The translations under genes were made by a program, and so were the position numbers. From an uncultured delta proteobacterium (lineage in GTDB: Bacteria; Desulfobacterota; Desulfomonilia; Desulfomonilales; Desulfomonilaceae), in NCBI GenBank assembly GCA_963789265.1, contig CAWBKB010000001.1, forward strand, positions 992,001 to 1,056,000: a DNA stretch of 64,000 nt, written 5' to 3'. Numbering within the stretch: the stretch's first letter is position 1; each line of letters begins with the position of its first letter. Under the pieces are notes generated by a model that was not told the origin of the DNA, ran no database searches, and worked only from the letters and a program-made list of their open reading frames with translations. This document shows positions 1 through 9,549 of the stretch, in pieces.

Positions 1-66
1 ACGCTGCAAACGAGAGGGGGGCCTTTGCGGAGAGATATCACGGTACTGGGAAGAGGGGAGTTCGGC

Positions 67-3039
67 ATGGTTACCATTCCCGCGAAACTGAAAAATCTGA
101 TTCAGGGGGTTACCGACGAAATTTCAGCGGCAGTGGGCGGCGCATGCGCTTCAGTGAGACCTTTTCTTAAGCGGAATGAGGCACCATTCTTCCCAGACTA
201 CACCGATCATGGTATCGAGCACGTTGAGAGTGTCCTGAGGACCTCTGAGCTTATAATAGGTGACCAAGCGTGGGAAGTCTTTTCCCGACAGGATGCCGCT
301 GTGCTGGCGCTCGCAACTCTGGCCCATGACCTTGGCATGTTAATCAACGTAGAGGGATTCATATATCTTACAGACCCGAGCCGGCATGAAATAGTTCTCT
401 TCGAGCCAGACGACCAGCCATGGCCCAAGCTGTGGCGTGAGTTTCAACTAGATGCACGGCGATTTGATGCGCCGACGTTGATAAATTTGCTGGGATCACC
501 GGAGCCTGTCACCATTCAAGAGATGGAGCCAGGTGGATTCACTGAACGAGGAATGAGAATCGCCGGAGAGTTTCTGAGACGTCACCATCACCGTTTGGCT
601 CATGAGATCCTTGTCTTGGGCATGCCATCCGAAAGCGGAAGGTTGTCCCTATTTGGTGAGGTTCCAGAGTATCTGAGGGAGTTATCGGGCATCGTGGCCA
701 GGAGTCATGGCATCCCTGTCCGGGAGTGCGTCGAGCCGCTGAAGAAGCAGGATCGTTCTGGGCACCGCGAGTGTCGTCATGTGCATCCGGTGTTTCTTAT
801 GGTACTGGTTCGTCTTGCAGATTATTTGGATCTTGACATCGGACGTGCTCCTGCCTCGATATTGGCTGCAAAGTCGCTTCGGAGTCCGATTTCACGGCGA
901 GAATGGTGGTCGCATCGGGCAATAGTGGATTGCCATTCACTTGATGATGATCCGGAGTGCCTCAATCTTGTTGTGGAGCCATCGGCAGTGGCCGACGTAG
1001 CCACCTTCGGTGTCATAGAAGATAAAATAACCGGGATTCAGCAGGAACTCGATTCGTGCTGGGCTGTCCTCGGGGAAGTCTACGGGCGATTTCCTCCGCT
1101 AAACCGACTATCGCTCAAAATCAGGCGAATTCGATCAAACATTCGGGAATCATCTATACTCCTGCAGTTGCCGTTCGTTCCCCACAGGGCATCGCTCGAG
1201 TCCGCGCGGGCAGACCTTCTTAAGCTGCTTATTGAACCATTGTATGGTGACCATCCAGGAATCGGAATTCGCGAACTTATTCAGAATGCTATAGACGCTG
1301 TTCGGGAGTTAGACTTCATTGTAGGAAGCGCCTCATCTAATGGGATGACTGTAGATAAAGAGGATCTGGACGGCGATGTTGTTGTGTATTTCGAACACGA
1401 TGAGAAAGGCGAATATTGGGTAGTAGTTGCAGACCAGGGAATCGGAATGACTTGGGCGACTGTGTGTAAGTACTATTTGACCGCTGGAGCCTCGTTCCGA
1501 CAGTCCGGCGCATGGAAGAAAACATTTGCTTACGATTCCGGCGTTTCTAAGGTTTTACTCTCTGGCCGTTTTGGAATCGGCGTTCTAGCGGCTTTCCTCC
1601 TCGGAGATCGTGTTTATGTTTCCACACGTCACGTTGAGGAATCAGAAAACCAAGGGATTGAATTGCAATTCGGTCTCGACGATACAAGTATCGAGATGAG
1701 GTGGGTAAAGCGGAAGGTGGGGACGACTGTAAAGGTTAGAACTGCTAAAGCTACTGTGGAACGGTTAACGCAATCTCAGTCGTGGGGGTCGCCGTGGGAG
1801 AGAGAAAATTGGGACTGGTACTGCCTGGAAAAGCCGGTGCTTACGCGACTAGATGTTAAAGGCAAACAACTAAGTCCAAAGTACAAACTTCCTCCTGCTG
1901 AGGGACCACTACCGCTCGATTGGCACCGCATTGACGTGCCAGGCTACCAGGCCATCGACTGGTCTTATCGCAGAGATCTCCCGCATCTTGTCTGTAACGG
2001 AATATTGGTTCGCCCTTATAAATATATCGGCGATCATCGATATTCTAGACAGTTTAGACCGTCGGACTGGGATGATCATGATGAAACGTGCACTCATCTT
2101 ACCTTAGAGTCACCCAAGCTATCTGTGTTCGATCCTGACGGACGACTTCCACTCAATTTGGCGCGTAGCGAACTGGCTCGCTCGGACGGCGAGTTAGAAA
2201 CCCGTATTGTCGACGACGTTTGCAGAAACTTCATTGCGTTTTGTCTTGCTAGAGGTCCCCAGGGCAGGATGGTCTCAAGAGACCGATTCGCTTCTTACAC
2301 TCGTTTGACGTATCCTGGATGGCACAGCTCTTCCTCCTCGCTCTGGCCCCCTTTTGGATTCTTTTTTGATACTTTGGATGGATGGGGTGTTTCAGATCCG
2401 TGGAATATCTCACATTTCTCTTCGAAAATAGGTCTTTTGATTCGGGTGTCCGGCAGACGTCTTCAAGTGTCTCAGAAAGTGGTTGATTTGGCACAGGAGA
2501 AATATGGCTTGACGTGTGGTGTAGAATCGGACGGTAATCTGGTGCCTTTTGACCATTGGCACAGGAAACTTATTCTATATTCAACGCTCGAATGTTTACC
2601 AGCGTTTCGAGGATTGAAGCTGAGAGGCCTGCGAACCTTAATGCCAGTCAAGTGGTATGAGAGATTCTGCTCAAAGCAGCGGAAATTTGTGGTCAAATCA
2701 ACGCAAGTTGAATCGAAGACGTCCGACAGTGTGACATTAACTGTGGGTGATTGCCCGGGTCCAGAGCCTGTCTTAGGTACGCTGGCGGACGATCTGCGCA
2801 AGAATAAAATTTCTTTTGAGAGCATCACAGAGTTTTATATGTTGCCTGCAGATCAGCATCCCGCACCTGGGCGCATTGCGAAGCTCTGGCAGGAAGCAAT
2901 TGGCGGGCCAATTGTCCCCTTCAATAAAGGTGACCGTCAGCGATTAGCAACAAAGCTGCCGTCGGAGTTTGAACGTCATTTGCAAGAGTGGACGAGCAGT
3001 GAGGCACCAAAGCGAACGCGCAAGTTGCCAGCTAGGTAG
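67..3039 (+). CDS. HD-domain (HD-CE-like) plus HSP90/GHKL ATPase fusion, putative biological-conflict protein
   Basis: DYTDHGIEH, AHDLGM and RLADYLD HD motifs; RELIQNAIDA, DQGIGM and GRFGIG GHKL motifs; ATG at 67 after GAGGGGAG RBS. Confidence 0.8.
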   Translation: MVTIPAKLKNLIQGVTDEISAAVGGACASVRPFLKRNEAPFFPDYTDHGIEHVESVLRTSELIIGDQAWEVFSRQDAAVLALATLAHDLGMLINVEGFIYLTDPSRHEIVLFEPDDQPWPKLWREFQLDARRFDAPTLINLLGSPEPVTIQEMEPGGFTERGMRIAGEFLRRHHHRLAHEILVLGMPSESGRLSLFGEVPEYLRELSGIVARSHGIPVRECVEPLKKQDRSGHRECRHVHPVFLMVLVRLADYLDLDIGRAPASILAAKSLRSPISRREWWSHRAIVDCHSLDDDPECLNLVVEPSAVADVATFGVIEDKITGIQQELDSCWAVLGEVYGRFPPLNRLSLKIRRIRSNIRESSILLQLPFVPHRASLESARADLLKLLIEPLYGDHPGIGIRELIQNAIDAVRELDFIVGSASSNGMTVDKEDLDGDVVVYFEHDEKGEYWVVVADQGIGMTWATVCKYYLTAGASFRQSGAWKKTFAYDSGVSKVLLSGRFGIGVLAAFLLGDRVYVSTRHVEESENQGIELQFGLDDTSIEMRWVKRKVGTTVKVRTAKATVERLTQSQSWGSPWERENWDWYCLEKPVLTRLDVKGKQLSPKYKLPPAEGPLPLDWHRIDVPGYQAIDWSYRRDLPHLVCNGILVRPYKYIGDHRYSRQFRPSDWDDHDETCTHLTLESPKLSVFDPDGRLPLNLARSELARSDGELETRIVDDVCRNFIAFCLARGPQGRMVSRDRFASYTRLTYPGWHSSSSSLWPPFGFFFDTLDGWGVSDPWNISHFSSKIGLLIRVSGRRLQVSQKVVDLAQEKYGLTCGVESDGNLVPFDHWHRKLILYSTLECLPAFRGLKLRGLRTLMPVKWYERFCSKQRKFVVKSTQVESKTSDSVTLTVGDCPGPEPVLGTLADDLRKNKISFESITEFYMLPADQHPAPGRIAKLWQEAIGGPIVPFNKGDRQRLATKLPSEFERHLQEWTSSEAPKRTRKLPAR

Positions 3040-3127
3040 GATGCGATGAACGAAATGAACCGCATCGGGAAAGAAAAGAGGGCATACAACCCAGAAGATG
3101 CAATTTCGTGTGATCCCTGCATGCCAC
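3036..3127 (+). repeat. Degenerate GTAG-type REP doublet
   Basis: GTAGGATGCGATGAACG..AACCGCATC ... GATGC..GCATGCCAC; related copy at 36576-36667. Confidence 0.6.
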
Positions 3128-3140
3128 AGGGCAGCAAGCC

Positions 3141-3467
3141 GTGAAGACCCACTATATAACTAAGGTAATCCCTCAGAAAGACTTCACCTTGATCCTTCTC
3201 TTCGAGTCGGGAGATCTCCGGATATTGGACATAAAGCCTAGCATCCAGGGCGGGGCCATTTGGGGGAGACTCAGAGATTGGGAGGTGTTCTCCAAGGTGC
3301 AAGTTCAGGAGGATTTCGGAGGATTTGTTTGGACGGATGAGCTTGATTACTGCCCTGATTCGGCCTTCATGGATTCTAAACCGCTTCCTCTCCGGATGCT
3401 CAAGGATTTGATGGATGTCTACTCCGTCAAGAAGACAGGCGACACGGAGTACAAGTCCGCCGGGTAA
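3141..3467 (+). CDS. DUF2442-family protein (antitoxin-like), no adjacent toxin seen
   Basis: ITKVIP..FTLILLFESG..FSKVQV..WTDELDYCPD pattern, 108 aa. Confidence 0.7.
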   Translation: MKTHYITKVIPQKDFTLILLFESGDLRILDIKPSIQGGAIWGRLRDWEVFSKVQVQEDFGGFVWTDELDYCPDSAFMDSKPLPLRMLKDLMDVYSVKKTGDTEYKSAG

Positions 3468-3755
3468 TGCAGGTTTATCAATACCTTTATCACATTTAGG
3501 TTGTGGTGCACTTTGTGAGCACGATCTACCAGAGTTGAATACAACGGCCCGGAACCCGGCGAATTTGTAGCCCCTCAAATCGAGGGAGCCGACATGGAAT
3601 GTCCAATCACCGCGGACTGGGCACGGACTGGGAACCAAAATATAATCCTTTAACTCTTACGAAAGAAATGCGTCTAATGTCTTGTAAGGGACATGAGCCC
3701 GGGGCAACCTGTTCGCACCATTCTAATCTTGTTCGATAGCGAGGGAGCAATCAGG

Positions 3756-6416
3756 ATGAAATCCAAGATTTCGCAGATGCGGTATATAAACTTATCCATT
3801 CTCATAGCCATACTGTGCGTTTTTCCCAGCTTATGCCTGTCTTCCTCAAGGGCCGAGGCTGCGACCGCGGGAGAGGCTGTCGTGGGAGCCATCGAAGGTG
3901 AAGCGGAGCTTTCCGGCAGCAGCGGCCAGGAAACAGGGCAATTGCAGACCGGGGGCGTTGTCAAGTCCGACGATGCCGCATCCACAGGGCCGAAGAGCAA
4001 GCTGCTCCTGAACTGGGATTCGGGGCTAACAGCCTCTCTAGGGGAATATTCCTCGATTCTGTTGCTGCCGGAAGATGTTAACGCGCCGGCGACTAATATC
4101 CAAATGAGTGACGGAATCATGCGGCTCGCCTGGAACCGTCCCGGCGCGGGCCCGCCTAAGCCCTATTCTGTTAGCACCCCGGTAGCTTCCATCCAGCCAG
4201 AGTCTTACGATCAGCCGGTTGATTTCATAGTGGAATCGTACGACCCTACCTCCACCGTTATTACGGTCGTGAACGGTCGAGTCAAGGTGACAAATCTTAC
4301 GGTTACCCCTTTCCAGGAGCAAGTCGTTTCGTCCTGTCAAAGTATCTCTGTCACAATGGGCAAGAGCAACCCGGACCTCATATCTCTTTCGCCAGACGAT
4401 CTGGGCCGATTAGCCGCCGCCTCAACCATAACCGGCACTATCCCCGCCAACTTCGATGCATGCAGTGCTGTTGCTTCCACTCTGCCTCCTCCTCCGCCCG
4501 CAGCGGCTCCTCCTCCACCGTCCACCGGGTACCCCTATCCTTCAATGCCTGATTACTACGTTGAAGATTGGGACGTCGAGGATATCTATCCCCTGCCTGA
4601 GATCAGAGTCATGCCGCCAAGGCCGGGAGGCGTGATTGTAATCGTTATTCCCGGCATCGGGAGCCTATTTGTCACCATTCCTTTCGAGGGCGGATGGGTT
4701 GTTGATCCCGCGGTCATCCAAGTTTACGCAGGGACCGTATTCCTGGAGCGCATAATCTACTTTGATCGCCACTACTTGAGAGATTGCCGGCTGCGCCAAA
4801 GGGAGTTGAACAATCTCATATACCTTGCTCAGGTCACCGGTAACAGAAGGCTGCTCCTGGACGCACAGCGCGAACTGGGCTACATGAATATCAGAGCACA
4901 TTGGGCCACGCGAAGAATCGACGGAATCGAGCGTAGAATCGCGGCCTTCCAGGGCGAGCAACGGAACCTGGCGGGCAGGTTGCCCCGAGGCCTGAACCTG
5001 CACGATGCTATTGCCCATTCGTTTGACTCCCCCAGGAACCTGCCCGTGGTTCAGACACTTCAGCACAGACTAAACACCCAGTTGAACGTACAGAATCACT
5101 TAGCCAATGTGGCCGGCCAGGAATTGGCTCAACTGCGGGCAAGAGTTGCTCGGCAAAGCAATCCGGCCGCGCGTCTGGCGATGGTCTCGGATCTGGACAA
5201 AATGAGAAGCGATCTTGCAACAGGCCGACTGCCGCTTAGCACCAAGCAGAACCAGGTCAAGAGTCTGGTCAAACAACTGTCACAGGAGCGAGATGTTAAT
5301 AAGAGGCAGAAGCTTGAAAACCATCTGTTGGGCCGAATAAAGAAGAGTGAGGTTCAGCCGCCACCTAATGTATTGAATCCGAACAGCCTCAATATGCTGA
5401 AGGGACAGCTCGCCAAGTACCCCAATGCTTTGCAGCGTCAGGTTCTCCAGAAGAGGTTTACCGGTCTCGAACAATCGGCCGATGCCAGAAGGCAAGAGGA
5501 AGCCAACAGGCAGCAGATAGAGGAGATCACGTCCCAGGCTGTAAAGGAGAAGAATACTCAGAAGCAGAAAGAGCTTTTGGGCCGAATGAATCAACTCCTG
5601 AAATCTCCCACCGCTATCGGAGCAGCAGGGATCGGAGCGGCCGGGGTCGGAGCCTCAGGGCTACGGCTACTCCAAAAGAGGCAAAATCTCGAACGTCAAA
5701 TAGCCGGTGAAAAGAACAAACAAAAAAGGGAAACCCTCCAGAGGAGTTTGGAGGAGCTAAAGACAAAACAGGCTGAAAATCAGCGCAAACATCAACTTGA
5801 ACTTCAGAAACAGACCGATCTGGAACACCAAAAGCAACTCCAAAAACAAAAGCTTCAGCAGGTGAAACCTCTGCCGCAGCAACTGCCCCAAAAGCAACTC
5901 AACCAGGAGCGCATCCATCGAGAACAACTCCCCAAGCAGAAGCTAGAACAGAACCAGCTTCAACAACAGAAGCTGCACCAGCAACAGCTTGACCAAGAGC
6001 GGCTACGTAAGCAGCAGCTCGATCAAGAACGGCTTCGCAAACAGCAACTCAACCAGCAGCAAAAACGACAAGAGCAGTTGCGCAGCAAACAGTTGGAACA
6101 GGAGCGACTGCACAAGCAGCAACAGGAGCAGGAGCGGTTAAGACTTCAGAAGTCTCAACAGGAACAGCTCCATCGACAGCAACTTCAACAACAAAAGCTT
6201 CAGCAAGGACGATTGCAACAACAACAGTTACAACAGCAACAGCTTCGGCAACAACAGCTTCAACAGCAGCAACTTCGCCAACAGCAGCTTCAGCAGCAAC
6301 AATTACGTCAACAGCAACTTCAACAGCAGCAACTGCGTCAGCAGCAACTTCAACAACAACAGTTGCACCGGCAACAGTTGCAAAAGGAGCAGCAGGAGAA
6401 GTTGAAAGGTAAATAG
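3756..6416 (+). CDS. Exported FecR-domain protein with Pro-rich linker and long Gln-rich tail
   Basis: Signal-peptide-like N-terminus; FecR-like TG..SKLLLNWDSG / TPVASI / VITVVNGRVKV; poly-Pro; QQQQL(R/Q) repeats. Confidence 0.7.
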   Translation: MKSKISQMRYINLSILIAILCVFPSLCLSSSRAEAATAGEAVVGAIEGEAELSGSSGQETGQLQTGGVVKSDDAASTGPKSKLLLNWDSGLTASLGEYSSILLLPEDVNAPATNIQMSDGIMRLAWNRPGAGPPKPYSVSTPVASIQPESYDQPVDFIVESYDPTSTVITVVNGRVKVTNLTVTPFQEQVVSSCQSISVTMGKSNPDLISLSPDDLGRLAAASTITGTIPANFDACSAVASTLPPPPPAAAPPPPSTGYPYPSMPDYYVEDWDVEDIYPLPEIRVMPPRPGGVIVIVIPGIGSLFVTIPFEGGWVVDPAVIQVYAGTVFLERIIYFDRHYLRDCRLRQRELNNLIYLAQVTGNRRLLLDAQRELGYMNIRAHWATRRIDGIERRIAAFQGEQRNLAGRLPRGLNLHDAIAHSFDSPRNLPVVQTLQHRLNTQLNVQNHLANVAGQELAQLRARVARQSNPAARLAMVSDLDKMRSDLATGRLPLSTKQNQVKSLVKQLSQERDVNKRQKLENHLLGRIKKSEVQPPPNVLNPNSLNMLKGQLAKYPNALQRQVLQKRFTGLEQSADARRQEEANRQQIEEITSQAVKEKNTQKQKELLGRMNQLLKSPTAIGAAGIGAAGVGASGLRLLQKRQNLERQIAGEKNKQKRETLQRSLEELKTKQAENQRKHQLELQKQTDLEHQKQLQKQKLQQVKPLPQQLPQKQLNQERIHREQLPKQKLEQNQLQQQKLHQQQLDQERLRKQQLDQERLRKQQLNQQQKRQEQLRSKQLEQERLHKQQQEQERLRLQKSQQEQLHRQQLQQQKLQQGRLQQQQLQQQQLRQQQLQQQQLRQQQLQQQQLRQQQLQQQQLRQQQLQQQQLHRQQLQKEQQEKLKGK

Positions 6417-6508
6417 GAGGGGCAGGTTATTAAGACAAAAAAGATCCGGATGTGGTGAATGCGCGAAATGTGGATTCGCCGCAGTCGTTACTCGTTTCCA
6501 GCATCACA

Positions 6509-6566
6509 GTAGGGTGGGCATCCTGCCCGCCATAAGAAACCAACGGGCGGGACGCTCATCCTCTAC
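6509..6566. repeat. GTAG-type REP inverted pair
   Basis: GTAGGGTGGGCATCCTGCCCG ... CGGGCGGGACGCTCATCCTCTAC between convergent genes. Confidence 0.7.
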
Positions 6567-6775
6567 TCGGGATTGTTATGCGCACTATCCGCATAGCCAG
6601 GCACACCGAGTTGCTTAAAGATACGGGTTGCAGTAAACTCCGGGATCTCGCGATGACGGGGCACCGAGGTACGACAATTGGTCGCGGGATTCTCCCAAAT
6701 CGAGTGCTCCGCGCCTTCCCGTACAAGCCGACAACCGTGCCGGCGCAAGTCGTGAAGCAGGTCACGCCTTTTCAT
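6563..6775 (-). CDS. hicA: HicA-family toxin
   Basis: MKRRDLL..GC.LVREGAEHSIW..VPRHREI motif. Confidence 0.9.
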   Translation of the reverse strand: MKRRDLLHDLRRHGCRLVREGAEHSIWENPATNCRTSVPRHREIPEFTATRIFKQLGVPGYADSAHNNPE

Positions 6776-7056
6776 ACTGTTGCCGTCTGAGGTTCAACAG
6801 TTATATGGGACGCCGCGGTCAGCAGCAAATGGATGGGCTCTTCCAAATCGGCCGATGGATCGGTACAAGATGGATCGGGTTGAGGGAGCGGCTCGCCGTG
6901 GAGCAAGTTCGTCTCTGCCATGTCCACCAGGGCACTTGCTAACAGCCTACGGGCTTCCTTTAGGGTTTCTCCATAGGTGATGGTGCCGGGGAAATCCAAC
7001 ACTTCCGCATGCACGCCTTTATCGAGGAACTTGTATGTAGCTTTGTAGGTCAACAT
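6772..7056 (-). CDS. hicB: HicB-family antitoxin (short, no obvious DNA-binding tail)
   Basis: AEVLDFPGTITYGETLKEARRLL motif; 4-nt overlap with hicA. Confidence 0.85.
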   Translation of the reverse strand: MLTYKATYKFLDKGVHAEVLDFPGTITYGETLKEARRLLASALVDMAETNLLHGEPLPQPDPSCTDPSADLEEPIHLLLTAASHITVEPQTATV

Positions 7057-7269
7057 ACCGCGCTGCTCCACATGCTGCTTGTTGATGTGTCTCACCGTGT
7101 AACAATTTACAGCCTACAGCACCATTTTTCGGTTTGCAAGGCAAGGGTCCTCAATAATTCTCAAAATGTAACCGTTCACCTTCCAATCAATCCCTTGCCG
7201 GCGCTCCAGCGGATGAAAGTGCAGCAAATCAGAATTCTCGGCGCACTCTGCGGTGAACCAGTACGATTA

Positions 7270-9294
7270 TTATTCTCCGTCCAGAGCATGGCGCACCGCG
7301 TCTAGGAATTGTTTTACATTATAAGGCTTCCATACGAACCCTTTTGCGGACAGTTCCAATTCGGCACTCGTAGGATTGTCAGCGGAATAGCCACTGGCTA
7401 TCAGGACCTTTGCACCCGGGTCAATTCTCAGCAGTTCGTCAAGACATTCGGCTCCACCCATTTCCGGCATTATCAAATCGAGTATGATCAGCGAGACCCG
7501 ATTAGCCTCCGTCTTATACAATTCCAGCGCCTCTCGGCCGTTCGTCGCCGTGATAACCTCGTACCCGGCTCTGACGAGAATCGTCCGGGCCAAATCTCTT
7601 ATCAAATCCTCGTCATCAACCAATAATACGGTCTCCGTCCCGATTTGAATCGCGGGCCTTTGGCACGCACCCACTTGTGCGGCATCCTCATCGAGTGCCG
7701 GCAAATATACTCGAAACGTGGACCCTTCGCCCACTGTGCTTTCGCATTCTATGTAACCGCCATGCTGTTTGACAATGCCGTAAGTCACAGCAAGCCCCAG
7801 GCCGGTTCCTCGGCCCATTCCTTTGGTAGTGTAGAACGGCTCGAATATGTGGTCCAAGACTTCCTTCCTTATGCCGCGTCCGGTGTCGGATACTGAAACC
7901 ATTACGTAACGGCCGTGCTTTGCACCAAGGTGACTCCGGCAGAACTCGTCATCGAGAACAACACCGGTCGTCTGCATGGTCAGCTTCCCTCCGTTCGGCA
8001 TGGAGTCCCTTGCATTTACCGCCAGGTTCATGAGCACCTGCTGGATTTGAGCCGGGTCCGCATAAGTCGTGGCGGTCAGTTCTTGCTCCAACGAAACTGC
8101 AATTGTGATCATTTTGGGCAGGGTTCTGAAAAGCAAATTCTTGACCTGGTCCACCTGTTGATTCAGGTCCATCGGGGTGAGCCTGGGCTCGACCTTTCGG
8201 CTGAATGTGAGGAGGCTTCGGACTAATTCAGCTCCCTTTTTAGCCGATTCACTTATCTTGCGGAGATCTACCCGGACAGGCTCCCCCAGACTCTTGTCCA
8301 TGAGAAGGTAATCCGCATATCCTAAGACAACGGTGAGAAGGTTGTTGAAATCATGAGCTATTCCACCGGCTAACGTACCCACCGCTTCCATTTTCTGAGC
8401 ATGAAATAACTGTTTCTCCAGAAGGACTTCCGACGTCACGTCTCGCTTTACGGCTACAAAGTTGGCGATCTCACCACAATTATCGCGAACAGGGGCTATG
8501 GTTGTCTCCTCAAAATAAACGGAACCGTCCTTCTTTCGGCTGGTTAATCGCCCATTCCAGACATCTCCCCTTGCAAGCGTGTCCCACAACTGTTTCCGGA
8601 ATGCCTTGTTATAATCAGAGCATCCGAGAGGGCTGAGTTTCTTGCCCGCGATTCCGTTGCGGCAGTACCCGGATATCCGCTCGAAAGCGGGATTGACGTA
8701 CTGGATGTTCCCCTCCTTATCGGTGATCGCAATTGCTTCGGCGATCTGTTCCACGGCCGTAGCCAACCGCCGCTGAGCTTCCTGTGATTTGCGGCGATCT
8801 GTGACATCTATCAACGTCACCAAGTCCGCATTCTTGCCCTGAAAACAAACGGTCTTCGAGTATATCTCCAGCCATTTTGTTTTGCCTGTTTTTGTTATTA
8901 CACGAAATGAATACGATGGGATGACTTGGGCGTCGCCTGAGAGTTTTCTCTTTGCCTGCTCCCCGACAAACGCCCGATCGTCAGGATGAATAGCAGCCAT
9001 GAATTGCTCTAAGCTCCATTGAGCGAGTTCCTCGAACGGGTACTCTCCAATGTCTATGGCCGCCTTATTAAAATAAATTGGCATTCCATCTTGTATGATC
9101 GCGATTCCGAGAAAGGACTGCTCTGAAATGAGTCGAAATTTTTCCTCGTTCTCCTTAAGCTGTTCCTTACACTGTCGAAACGCTGTCTCAGCACTCCGAC
9201 GCTCCTCAAGCAGGCGGGTAAGTTCTGCAATTCGACGGCGCGCTGTCTCCAATTCCGTCTGCAGTTCATTGATTTTGATATTGCCTTCGTCCAT
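7270..9294 (-). CDS. PAS-PAS hybrid sensor histidine kinase/response regulator
   Basis: Two PAS domains, AHDFNN H-box, NLAVNARD, GTGLGL, C-terminal REC. Confidence 0.95.
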   Translation of the reverse strand: MDEGNIKINELQTELETARRRIAELTRLLEERRSAETAFRQCKEQLKENEEKFRLISEQSFLGIAIIQDGMPIYFNKAAIDIGEYPFEELAQWSLEQFMAAIHPDDRAFVGEQAKRKLSGDAQVIPSYSFRVITKTGKTKWLEIYSKTVCFQGKNADLVTLIDVTDRRKSQEAQRRLATAVEQIAEAIAITDKEGNIQYVNPAFERISGYCRNGIAGKKLSPLGCSDYNKAFRKQLWDTLARGDVWNGRLTSRKKDGSVYFEETTIAPVRDNCGEIANFVAVKRDVTSEVLLEKQLFHAQKMEAVGTLAGGIAHDFNNLLTVVLGYADYLLMDKSLGEPVRVDLRKISESAKKGAELVRSLLTFSRKVEPRLTPMDLNQQVDQVKNLLFRTLPKMITIAVSLEQELTATTYADPAQIQQVLMNLAVNARDSMPNGGKLTMQTTGVVLDDEFCRSHLGAKHGRYVMVSVSDTGRGIRKEVLDHIFEPFYTTKGMGRGTGLGLAVTYGIVKQHGGYIECESTVGEGSTFRVYLPALDEDAAQVGACQRPAIQIGTETVLLVDDEDLIRDLARTILVRAGYEVITATNGREALELYKTEANRVSLIILDLIMPEMGGAECLDELLRIDPGAKVLIASGYSADNPTSAELELSAKGFVWKPYNVKQFLDAVRHALDGE

Positions 9295-9549
9295 AGCAAC
9301 CCCCCGTAAGGACGCTTGACGGTATGTAGAATGGAATTGTTACTTTGGACGGCACAGACCTATCGCGGCAGCAGCCGGAGCAGGAATGACAGGTGACCTC
9401 CCGTCACGGTGAGCCTTCAGAGGTTTCTATATTGGACGGCCAAAATGACATATCCTTAATGGCAACTCTAGCACATCATCGCGATTCCGAGAAGCGACTA
9501 TTTGCAAAAGGACGGCTTTCTGAGCCACAACTTCCGAGGAGGCACCAGG

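Noticed and set aside
3036..3140. Integron attC site
   Set aside because: Lacks RYYYAAC/GTTRRRY ends; better explained as a GTAG REP doublet
5790..6400. Microsatellite or phase-variable tract
   Set aside because: Codons are mixed; it is a protein-level Gln-rich repeat
6560..6590. AGTGCGCATAA resembling a dif XerC arm
   Set aside because: No XerD arm, and it lies inside the hicA coding tail
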